Source of the DNA: Raillietiella orientalis
Lineage: Eukaryota
NCBI GenBank assembly: GCA_036172245.1
Contig: JAYWIR010000014.1
Coordinates: forward strand, 868,001 to 932,000
Direction: 5' to 3'
DNA length: 64,000 bases
Part shown: one piece after another, positions 50,460 to 61,800 of the stretch
Position numbering within the stretch: the stretch's first letter is position 1
Layout of the letters: every line of letters starts with the position of its first letter
Translations under genes and position numbers: made by a program
The notes under the pieces: model-generated
Database searches by the model: none
What the model saw: only the letters and a program-made list of their open reading frames with translations
What the model was told of the DNA's origin: nothing

Positions 50460-50594
50460 CTTGACAAAATGAGGGTAGAACCTAATGGATATCTGAGAGT
50501 CGTGGATTTGACTCCAAATTTCCCATGCCTTCTGTCCTGCTACGACCGCTCCTTCCAATTCTCCACTATTTAACCGAACCATCAAGATGGTCCC
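50460..50594 (-). CDS. ADCY10: ADCY10/sAC-like, 135-nt exon (not in ORF track)
   Basis: Follows a 59-nt GT-AG intron. Encodes GTILMVRLNSGELEGAVVAGQKAWEIWSQIHDSQISIRFYPHFVK, phase 0/0. Donor AAG|GTATTT. Confidence 0.85.
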
Positions 50595-50653
50595 CTAAAA
50601 CGACAATTAATCAGTTGCCGCTTGCTCCTCATCAAAAAGCCCAATGTATTTAC

Positions 50654-51979
50654 CTCTAAGCGCCCTACGGTAATGAGATCTTTAAGCTGCAAAATACGAG
50701 GCTTATAATGACGAAGAATACCCATAGACAACTGCTCGTAGTTGCGCATTTGCTTGTAATTTCCAAGAATGCTGCAAACTTCCATCATAGAGGCATAGAC
50801 TAGAAGCAATTCGTGAACATCTGTGCTAAATTGCGTGGTTGTGATGCTCTCTTCTATGCAATTGACCATTTTTTGTGTAGCAAGCCACATCTTATCGTAT
50901 TCGGACCTCTTCAGGAATGCCTGCCACAAGTAGTAGCAGCAGAGTGCTTCATACTTCAGCCTTTCTATTTGTTTCAAAAAACTCGTATTTTGGATATCCT
51001 CTGATTTGTACTCCTTCTTGAGGTCAAGATTTCTCCTCGTTTCCTTGACTATTTCTCTCCTGACACGTCTTCTGTGGGTAGGAAAAGTCCTGTTCAGAAG
51101 ATCGAGGCAGGAGAAGAAATGATTGTAAGAGCGATCTATCTGACCCATTTCAAAAGATGCTGCTCCTTTTAGAGCTTCGATTCTGGCCATGTCTTCAGTT
51201 GTCACACTGATGTCTGCGCTGCGATGATTGTATGTAAATTTGGTAGAAGGATCCGTATGACTCTTGTACTCGGAAATTTTTTCCAGTATAGACAATGCTT
51301 GGCTATAATTTCGCTGAATGATAGCTATCTCGGCCGATTCGATGGCATAAAAGATCGCTTTCCCGTTATATTCTGCTCGCAGATTATGGTGCGTCAACAT
51401 TGGATACGTAAGAGAGAGGATTAAGTTGCAATAGCAGCCTCTTAGATCTAAATTCGATAGCTTAATTAGCTCCTCTTTCAGCACTTGACTGTCTCCATCT
51501 ACACGTTCAACTTCTAAGTCCCTAGAATGTGAACAGCCGATATTTATCAGCTGATTACCCATGTTTGTGAAATACGCAAATACGAAAATTTTGAATCTCT
51601 TCAAAACTCCTTTCTTCATTCTTTGCCAGATTCCTTTCTTTTCCTTCTTTTTCTCATGCTTCTGTTGGAATTTGATTTCCTTGATACAAGAATACAGAGA
51701 AATCTCTGTTTCGGAAGCAGAAACTTTGTGGTAAGTCTTTTCTTCGTCGGCCTTCCCTTCTCGCTTTGACAATTCATGGGTTCTCGATTCTTCTCTTCCT
51801 ACGCGGGATGATGGGAAATGCTGATTTTTCTGTAAATCAAGTACATCTTTGCTACCAGTGCTAAGAAACCCTGGAGTCGAAGATATTTTGTTGAGTGGAC
51901 AGCTGATGGTTCTTCGGTACTCTCGTATGCCGTGGCCAATCAAAATTATGGTCTGCGCCTCCTTATGCAGTTTTAGTGT
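50654..51979 (-). CDS. ADCY10: ADCY10/sAC-like, large 1326-nt exon
   Basis: Longest ORF in the window. Acceptor tgtttcttgttag|ACA, donor GAG|GTAAAT, 442 codons. LDLRGCYCNLILSLTYPMLTHHNLRAEYNGKAIFYAIESA matches the sAC C.C..IL......L..H......K...Y..E.A motif and is followed by TPR-like helices. Confidence 0.92.
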
Positions 51980-54817
51980 CTAACAAGAAACAGATATATT
52001 TTAGAGATCCTTCGCGCTATACATTTCCAACAATAACACTTACTATAGAAGAATTACGTACTGCAATAAAACACTATGGTGCTAATTTAAATGCAAAAAC
52101 TAAAGTTTATTGACATTGCTATATTGATTGTCAAAACTTCAAAGAAATTTTTCGGGTACATTGCAAAATTGAACGAAGATCTTAAAGTCTTAAACTTAGA
52201 GCTTTCCACAATGATACCTCGACATTTCGAACTGCCCTGCACGGGCATCGGAAAATTCATGCAGCAAAGGAGGTGGATCTGCTGACCGTGTTCTTGGCTC
52301 AAAAATGTTGACCGAGTTCGTTTTTATTTGCCTTTTTCACTTTGCGTAGCTCATTAAGAATTGAGAATCATTCTTAAAAGATGAGAGAGAGGCAGATCCA
52401 TTAAGAAAAACTTTTAATCTCTGAATTGAAGAAAACATATAAGGACTTCTTCAGGGTTCTTCAGGGACACTTAACTGCATAAATGAATAGGGCTCGTTTT
52501 TATGTGGGTATGAATGATGGTGCACGCACAAAAACGAACCAGCCTCCCGTCTACTTTAGCAAGCGATCCGCACTGCTGCTTGAGCCAATACCGCACTGAT
52601 CTAGTAGTACTTCGCTGTGGAAAGAGTGAACGAAAGGTGGTGGTGGTGGTTTTGCGAATTTCCCATTTTTCATTTCGATATGCATTCCGAAATTTGATTG
52701 CCATCTCAAGCTGCCTGAGAGACTGGGAGCTACGAATCGAAATTTCAGATACCCGAAATGCAAAAATTGCAGAAATCCAAGAGCAGAATGATCATCGCCA
52801 CGTTGATCCCAACAACAACGATCTACCACATCTCCATTTTTTCAGGTATGCGGATCTTGGAGTTTCGTTACGGAATTTAAAACCATCAAGAAGAAAAACG
52901 TGATCTTGTTTCATCAGGAAAAGTTGATACATATCAGGGCTGTGATGACCCGAGTAACAGCATTCAGTATTCAAGTGTTCGTTTACGCGGAAAACTGAAG
53001 CGGTTGCATTCGATTGCATTCGTGATTGAGCAATTGATTCATGTCGCAAGTTATATCAGTGTACCATAGGTATCGATAGGTAGAAGGTCAGGTGAAATTT
53101 TGTTACATGTTTGTCTCCTTGCATGCTTAGTGAAACACTATGCTAGAAAAGCTTATAATCCTTCAGTACTTTTACATTTTAAAATTCTGCAGCTCTTCAG
53201 ATTCAGACTACCATGTTCTGTGAATTTGCAAGCCATTCAGGTTCTCTACACAGTCATCGCACTCAGTTTAGACAGAATTTCTCCATGTCCGAAACTAGAT
53301 CAATACTTGTTGAATACTCTCATATGCTAAGATGTAGTCGTATATAACTTATGCAAATAAAATGCAACACGCCAGATTTCCTAACATTTCAGTTAAATAA
53401 ATTATAAAAATGAATTTAAGAATACATCCATGAGAAAACTTGCAGAATTTTATGCTTTTACAGAATGCTTTTGTATTAGTATTTCGTTTACCATTTAGTG
53501 TATGTTTTCCGTCAGTTACATCAAATAAATCCTTCCGAATAAATTGACATATCGATCTTCGAAAGATGTGTAGTTTTGTGTGCAGGAACACTCAAAAAAG
53601 GGTCTGCAAAAATGTTACTGTAATTTTTATTCGAAAGTTGTTAAGTGAATTCACCCCTCCGCAGGCTGGACGGGGGACAACCAAGAGCAGCTTTATGAAA
53701 CATCACTAGATGATGATGTGTGAGCTCTCCAACGAATGCTCTAGATTTGGAAAATCTGTAAGTTTCTTACACATACAGGATAATTTGATGAAGCTATCAC
53801 ATAATTTTGTGGAGCTACCAACATGAAATTATTCTTCCATGGAAATCAAAGCATAACTTCAGAGAAAGCCGAGTAAATGCTAAAGCACGTATTTCCCATG
53901 CACGAATGCACGTATTTCCCAACGTGCGTTCCCATGTTTTTCCTACAAATGACATTTTTGAAGAGCCTTTTCTAAGTAGCAAAAATCATTGGAGAGGTTG
54001 AGTATCCTAAATATAGTCTATCTCTATAAAACATGTAGTCTGTCACTCATAAGATTATTCTAATAATTCTTCATTACTAAACTAAACTTCATTACTAAAG
54101 TTTGTAAATGCCGACGGAATCATCCGAATCCAATGTACCGTAAGAAGTGTTTAAACTTAAAGAGTGAATCAAGGAGAAAACGAGTAGTGATAATGAAGAA
54201 TAACAAGGCCCTTTAAAGAAATGCAAATTAATGATAATTAAACCAAGTGCGATTGCAGAAAGTTTTCTCCTCTGATTTTCAAACAGCTACTTAGCCGAAT
54301 CGCTGTTGTTACCTCTGGAATCTGAAAATGGAACGGCTTGTCGGCACTGCCGTTAGCAATGCCCAACAAGAAACTAAGCTACATGCCAACGTAAGTTACG
54401 AAATTACTCAGAGCCTCAATGGATCTCTTAGGCTGAAGGGTTTGATGGGAACAGAATGCCTTGGTGCAATAAAGTTCAGACAAGAATATGTGTTGTGTTT
54501 TTTGTGTTTCTACAGAGATTCTTCTAAATCTGCCAAGTGAGAACCTTAGTTTTTTTTTCTAAATTAGCATTTTTTTAATCATAGATTAGAAGTATAGTAA
54601 GTAGTCAGACATCTTCGAAAATTCTACACATGTTCATCAACTGCGACGATCTTAGACGGGGAGACACTACCGTGGAGAATATGGAAACTGGTTGATCTAT
54701 CTTTCTGTCAGAGACTGCTACAGTGAAAGATTGTCTTTGCTTCACTAATCAGTCAGGACTTGTCAGCGAAAACAAGGATTATGCCGAGCTATGACGACAT
54801 AGAAGAACAATAGGAAC

Positions 54818-56228
54818 AAATTGCATTTGTTCATCGCCTTATATAATTCAAAACAAGTACAAAGCAGGCCTTTCGACAAAATCTTTGGAGGATAATCAAA
54901 GAATTCCTATTCCAAATATAACAGTTTGATTTCTCTTTGTGGTAAAAGCAGTGTAATCTAACACCACCAGGATTCTTAAACGCACTTTGGAATCTGTATG
55001 TGATACGCCGATGAAGGGTGGCTTGTAGAGCTTCGATCCAGGTGTGCGACGTTTCTGTGAACATTGAGCACTGATCCTTGTTTCTTAGCAATGCGTTAAT
55101 TTGGGTAAAAAGAATCTTCGCGCCAAACTCCACTTTTTAGTTCCAAGAAGACTTTATCCAAGCTCAGAGTCACTGAATGATCAATATTTGATGTCTTCAA
55201 GTCGACTCCAAATGAACGAGTAGGTGATAGGTGACTTTTCATAAAGATAAATGTAGAAATATTGGAAAAGTCAGTTGTTGCAAGAAACCAAAGCGATATC
55301 CTCGAAAAGATGTACGAGTTCCTTTCGAAGAATGAGCTGGAGTGGTCGAGGAAATGGATATCAATACGTACGGATGCTGAACTCCCCCGGCATGACTAGA
55401 AAGATTTTGGAACTTCGGTGTCATCTGAACACTGTTCCGCATGTTACTCAGAGAGTCTATTAAAAGGGTTTGTTAAAGTCTGCTATACTACGTCGACCAG
55501 TATGACAGTTTTTTCATGGAAAGGTTTTGAAGTGACGAACGAACACTTCATGATAAAAACTACCGGATCTGTCCTACCAAGTGAAGGATCCGTAATAGAT
55601 GCGTTTTGCTTCATTTTCTGCAGAATTCTTGAAGGAATGAGCTACATCTTTCTCTTCGAGGTACGCACCAACAACCTTTATTTTGATTGGCAAATTCCAG
55701 ACATTTCAACAGAAGCCTCCGTCGTGATACGAAGTGAAGATTCACAGACTCGATTTTCGTACTGCGGATTGCATTTTACTTGCACTTTAATGTGAAGGGA
55801 TTGTGCTCGATCGAGTTTTCAATCACACAGTTCTTTGTGCAAATGTCTTCTGAATTTATAGGAGAGGGGAGAATGTGTGACTGGGTAAGCACATCACTCT
55901 TTAGAATAGGGAAACACCCGAAAGTTCGGTCAAGAAGGACAATGGTTGTAATTCTGGTTGTAATTCAGGTTCTATTTTCGAAACTAATCTAATACAAGGG
56001 ACTGGAGGTTAAGCCAAGAGCAAGAATATCCGCAACCAAATGTATCTCCAAAGCTGCCTTGGACATCATAATCCTTCCTACCTCAAGTCTTCGCGAAATT
56101 GCATTTGTTCATCGTCTTATATAATTCAAAACAAGTACAAAGCAGGTCTTTCGACAAAATCTTTGAAGAATAATCAAAGAATTCCTATTCCAAATACAAC
56201 AGTTTGATTTCTCTTCGTGGTAAAAGCA
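54818..56228. repeat. 133-bp direct repeat pair (54818-54950 and 56096-56228), 127/133 identical
   Basis: aaattgcatttgttcatcg...gtggtaaaagca occurs twice, 1145 bp apart. All six differences are transitions. Confidence 0.95.
55200..55470 (+). mobile_element. Degenerate hAT (Buster/Charlie/SPIN-like) transposase fragment
   Basis: SDILEKMYEFLSKNELEWSRKWISIRTDA/PGMTRK...HC resembles the hAT motif DIF..V..F.....L.W....SICTDGAP.M.G...HC..H. Contains stops and frameshifts. Confidence 0.55.
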
Positions 56229-58594
56229 CATGCATCTATCGATCTTTTTAACTTGAGCTGGCAATCTTCAGAAATGCATTAAATTCCAAACCCAGTTGCG
56301 TTAAGTTCTTTAAAAAAATTTGTTCTTTTTTTCCAGCAAAAAGAAGCGTGTTTCGTTAGTTATAACAAGAACAGTAAGTGTATTCATTAAATGATATTCA
56401 CTTTCATCAGCTCTTAAATGGAAGTTTTCGATGTTGCGTCCAAGTTAGTCTTTCAGCAGATTCTAGCATCCTCAGGAAGTTTTTAAGAAATTTAGCTCTT
56501 GTGAATTGAAATTGAAGAGCACTTCAGGAATTCTAGAGCTCCACATCTGCGCCAGTTTTTTGCTCCCAATCAGCCATTTTGTTTGCTACCGAGTTTTCTC
56601 TTCCACAAGTTTTAGTTTCTATATTATGGAAATCAAAAACGGAAAAATACCTGGAGAACGTTTGTTAGGATTCTAAGAATAATTACAGTACGAAATCACT
56701 CTTTTACTCTTTAAATCAGATGAAACAGAACAAAATGAAAAGTTACACATGATAAAGAACATCGAGTAACCTCTAGAAGAATAAGAATCACAAATAATTT
56801 TACTAGACCAACGGAATTTTAGTAGTGTCCTACATATACTACGTTTCCTGCCAATAGAACATCTGACCTGAGAAGATCAAAGAAATATTGGAAGCTACTT
56901 CGAAGGAGAAAAACGCTGACAAAATGTAACACAGTCATAGCTCCGAATTATCATTTGAAAGACATCGGAAATGAATTGATTAGAACAAGATGGCAGATGG
57001 TACAAACGAACGAATATGCCTAAGCAGAATCTATAATTATTAATGCCTCTGGAAACGATTATAAAATCCCAGAGACAGCACAACTGCAAATGACATTAGC
57101 TAAAAAATAACGATGCATCCCCCAAATCTGTTCAAAACGATGCGGAGCACACAAAGTGCACGCTTGCTTTTTCAGTGAATTGGAAAAAGGAAATGAGAAC
57201 TGCAGGATATAAGGATAGGATAGGATGAAGTTTCTCCGATACACGTCATTACATTACATGAAAAAACTCTGTTTGAGTCAAGGAGTTGAAACGCATCTAG
57301 ATAGAGGAAACTGATAATTGGCATTTGTTTGTTCTGTTGGTTGCTTTCTTAACGCACGTTCGTTACTCTCTCTTGAGGCTTTAGGAGACCAGATCTCATT
57401 CTCTGAACACTTCAATTCTTTTGATTTTCAGATATGAGCAGCCGTATCATTCAGGTGCAACTGAAAGTGCACTGACGGCTTTACGATTAGTGAAGCTGTC
57501 GGTGTCAGCCGATGACAAAAAAGCAAAAACAAACAGAGCAACCTAGGAAGTAAGGAAGGAAATAAAAACCAGCGAATGTTGAGAAATTCTCCATCGAGAA
57601 TCCAGAATGGATAGCTCTTCCATTTTCATTTGTTGCTGCAAATGAAAATGGAAGAGAGGAAGCAACGTTCTGAATTCCCACTCCAATAGCAAAAACACAA
57701 GCAAAAAACATGAAATATAACAAAAGTACTGCTCTCAAGAGTTAGGATGTGCAAGATTCTTCGTAACATCCCATGAACCATCATTTAACCCGTGTAAGAT
57801 CAGCGGGTCCAAGTGCAAAGGAAGTGGAAGAGTGCTGAGTGGTTTTTCAGTAGTATCAGACTCTAAGCGAAACTCCAAGTGATGTATTTCCGCAAATGGC
57901 AGAGATTTAAGAACAAAACAGAGTCCACAACAGAGGAATACATTTGCCGTTTCGTTCATTTTGTTCATTTGCTTCAAGTAGTCAGTCTTGCTAAAAAAAA
58001 CGTCGTGCATTTTTCGCGGTAAAAAAAAAAACCCGGTTGATTGAAAACTGTTGCAGCATCCAGCCGTTTTCCGGGTGCATAGAAACACCTCATAAAAATC
58101 AAAGAATCTCAAGAGGACTCGAAAACAAATCAGATCCATGTGCAAAAGGATTCTTTTGAATATCCGTAAGGAGGTGTTGCCGACGTTCGATAATGTTCGA
58201 GATAAAAGCAAGGAAAATGCTGAACATCGGAGGCAAATGAAGATGGAATCGAGAGAAATAGAGAAGCAACTCCTCTCGAGTGGAGATCTTTTCCCGAGAA
58301 TCTTTTGCAGAGAGATTGCTTCAAGATTAACTGGAGAAAAAGAAAAAAAAACTTCGAAAGTGGGAAGCAAGTGACACAACCTTTTTCAGATGCGCTGCTG
58401 AGACAGTCAGATTAATAAATCGGAAAAACTATCAAAAAATACCGTTTCTGGGTGCTGAGAAATAGGGGTCAGAAGCCGAAAACAAATTTAGTGTCACCCG
58501 AGGTTTTGTTTCGTTTTGCTTTGTTTTTTCATGACGATGCTTTAATTGGTTCTTTAAAATTCCGTATTTCTAGAGGAGAAAAAATTCGACTTAC

Positions 58595-58809
58595 CTCGTT
58601 GAAGGAGAATTGAGATCCATACACGAATCCTTTTCCTCCGCAGTTTATGCAAGAGAAAGTTTCGTTCTCCAAGAATTTAGCTGCAGCTTCGTGTAAAGAC
58701 TTGCGTTGCTTTAAAAGTAGGAATTCTAATGATGTCTCCATCATGTAAATGTTTGTAAACTGAAGAAGCTTGCATCTCTCCCAAGGCAAGCGAGAATCCC
58801 ACAGTGGAT
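58595..58809 (-). CDS. ADCY10: ADCY10/sAC-like, most upstream exon identified
   Basis: PLWDSRLPWERCKLLQFTNIYMMETSLEFLLLKQRKSLHEAAAKFLENETFSCINCGGKGFVYGSQFSFNE resembles mammalian sAC TAYELWLKDQRKAMHLKCARFLEEDAHRCDHCRGRDF. Strong donor GAG|GTAAGT (phase 0). The acceptor ctgttaag|AT is less certain. Confidence 0.9.
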
Positions 58810-61800
58810 CTTAACAGTGTGATGATATTAGGTACTCAAATCGAATTTTAGGTTTCGAAAAAATGTAATGTCCAGCCTATTCTCAAAAACAACTCAGAAA
58901 TCATGCTCTGTTTAAACCTTTCTCCTTGCTTTCTCTGTGAATGTGATTTTACGGTTCATAAGAATGAAATTGGGTTTAAAGGAAAGAAATTTCCATCGAG
59001 ACTTCACTCGGCAGATAAAATTGTTAAAGTACGTTACATCGTTTTCAACGGGTGCAATCACAAAAAGTTTGCATCACGGGAATAATTACACGACAAAAAA
59101 AGAAAAGATAATAAGTTCGTTCCAAAGATGCAGTTTTAAGGAGACGATGCAGGATGCGATATGATGGATTGCGGCATTGAGTATGCACGCTGGATACCGA
59201 GAAAATGATTTGATAAATAAGTGCCATCTCGTCGTGTCTCATCGAGAATAAGAAGAGGTATTCTTGAGAATGAAGCAGGACTTCGAAAAGATGGAAATTT
59301 CTCTCTTCATTTTCAACAGCTTTGTTCTAATTTTCGATTCGAAGAATCATCGTCCGGACAGAAATGCCTGCCAAGCCTGCCAAGCTTTCATCTTCAACCT
59401 CTGTTTACAATCAAGTTTAAAAACATGAAAGCCAAAACTTCTATATATGTCTCATCTAAGTGCAGTGCTTTTATTTTAGCAATAGATCTGAATGAATGGG
59501 AATGGGAAGCGATCAGTTAGCTGATGTTGCAGGTGCATTTCCAGTAAAATTGACAGAGTTACAATCTCGTAGTAATACTAGGTGAAAGGGTATTATTTAA
59601 TCGCAAGCACCACTTCTGGAAAGATACTAACAATAGTAAAAGTAAAACGGTTGGGAACGTGGAAAATTCGAGAACAATTTATACAACTTCTCGAACTTTA
59701 CTACGTCTGTAAATCGGTAAAATCGGTACATACAAACAAATGGAAGTATAAGAATGAAAAATCTATCGAAAAATTAAGCGGCAGCATGATGACAACCGTG
59801 TTGTTATCGTCGATCACAGATTTGAACCCAGAAAGTATAGTTTCAAAAGTTGGATCTTATGCACAATTACACGAATTTATTTCATCCAAGTATTTGTTAT
59901 CAAACAGAGATATGTTTAAAAAAAAGGAGATTTTCTTTTGCAGAGAGATTGCTCCAAGAATACAGAATAAATATCTACGTTTGCAGTAGGTGCAAGCAAA
60001 CAAATATACAGAAATGACGAAGGATTATTCACTAAGCGCTTGAATTTAAATGTGTGAGATTTCTCATTCGAAATTACAAATCGATCGTATGTATAAAGGT
60101 TTGTATCGAAATCGATGAAATTATTCGCTGTCCATGATTTTCAAAACTACAATTCTGAAGCTGGATTCAGGATAAGAGGTGAAATTCCCAAAAGTCGGTC
60201 ATGCATAGCGACCTAAGATTCGCCAACAAGCACCGACTAATAGATTCCATTACATGATTTCCAAATGAGGAAGTCTTCTTCGTGTTTTAGGGGTAAATAA
60301 GATTCTCACGAAATTCTATTATGAGATCAGTAGCTCAGCGTTGATAGTACGATCGAAATATGCTGGCAACCTATAAGAAATATGATGCGAAAAAAGTTTT
60401 TGAGAAAGGAAAATCTACGTCTAGGGTGGTGTATTTTAGGAAGAAAAGAAGAAAAATTCGTAGATCGAATGCGATTTTTTCCTAAAATTGAGATTGCTTG
60501 GAGGAAGCCATAAGAGCTGCTGGAATGATGATTTATAAACAAACGAAACACACAAGAGTACGCATTTGCACAAACAGCGATGCAAAGCGGTACTTGACAA
60601 AAGCAACGCATCTCAAAAACAGAATCAACGAAACTTGATTATGACTGCCTGATAGATATACCTTGAAGATACTGCACAAGATGTTAATTAGAAGACATAC
60701 ATTCAGAAAAAGAATCTCCAGTGCTTCATGCTGAAATGAAACGACTGGTATTTATGGAAGAAATGGCAACTGAATGACAACCTAACAAATCGAAAACTGT
60801 CCAAAGACTTTGAGGTCTCGTGAAAACACATCCTGGGTTCAACTTACACCTTGGTCTCAATCAATCTGTCACCCCAAAACCCTTGCCTATATCTAGCCAC
60901 ATACACCTCGAAAGAGACTCAGACTTGAAAAGTAAACGAAAAGTTCGAAAATGTGTGTGTTAGAGTCGAAAATTCAATGGAAAAACAATGCAAACAGCAA
61001 GCATTTATGTATTCAATGGTCCTAACAAGAGCTGATGTTGTCGAAGTTCTTTGAACAGAACACCAAAGTAAAGATTTCACAACCAACGGATCCATTCCAT
61101 TAGCATGCAGTAGAAACGAAAGAATAAAATACTGAATTATGGGTCCTTCACAAATTCTCAAAACAAGCCTGAAGATATTCAGCTTTAAAGATTGATGATC
61201 AACAAAATTTAGCATGAGGAACTGAAGTTAATGCGTAATCACAAAACAGAGATTGCTTTCCTCCTTAATTAAGCATCGGTTAAGAGAGGAAAATACTTCT
61301 CGAAGCATCTTGCAGATTGCACAAAACTGCATGCATAACTTTCGTGAGCGACCATTTCCATGTTTTCATTTCAGCTTTGAAAACTAAGAAAGTCGACTCT
61401 CTGTCTAAATAATGTAATTTTGTTTTCACTTGACGCTTCACATTCGTGATTCCACTTGAAAAAAAAAAAAAATCAGGCAAACGAAACAGTCCTATCCACT
61501 AATTTTCCAGATGACAGATGTGAAATTTCATGCTTCAGTTGTAGCTTACGCTATCAGAACTCTTTGGCAGCTGCTCTTGTAGACAAAGTCAGTAGTTCTT
61601 TAACTCTTTAACTTGTTGATATCTGGTTTCTGAGCTATGATAATTTATGAGTACTGACCGTGTTATTTGTCTAATGTTCATAACAGTTAATGATTCATTG
61701 CATGAAATTCTTAGTATTCTTAAATGAGGGCATGAAAGTTTTGAGCTTCACTATATTTAATCTAGTTTTTTAGTTTTATTCGATTTTGTTTCATTTCACT

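Noticed and set aside
48300..52760. LINE endonuclease-like KGGG motifs (about 48335 minus, 52635 plus) and piggyBac-like HYEFRKRFAIQMI (about 48995)
   Set aside because: Single short motifs without convincing flanking catalytic residues.
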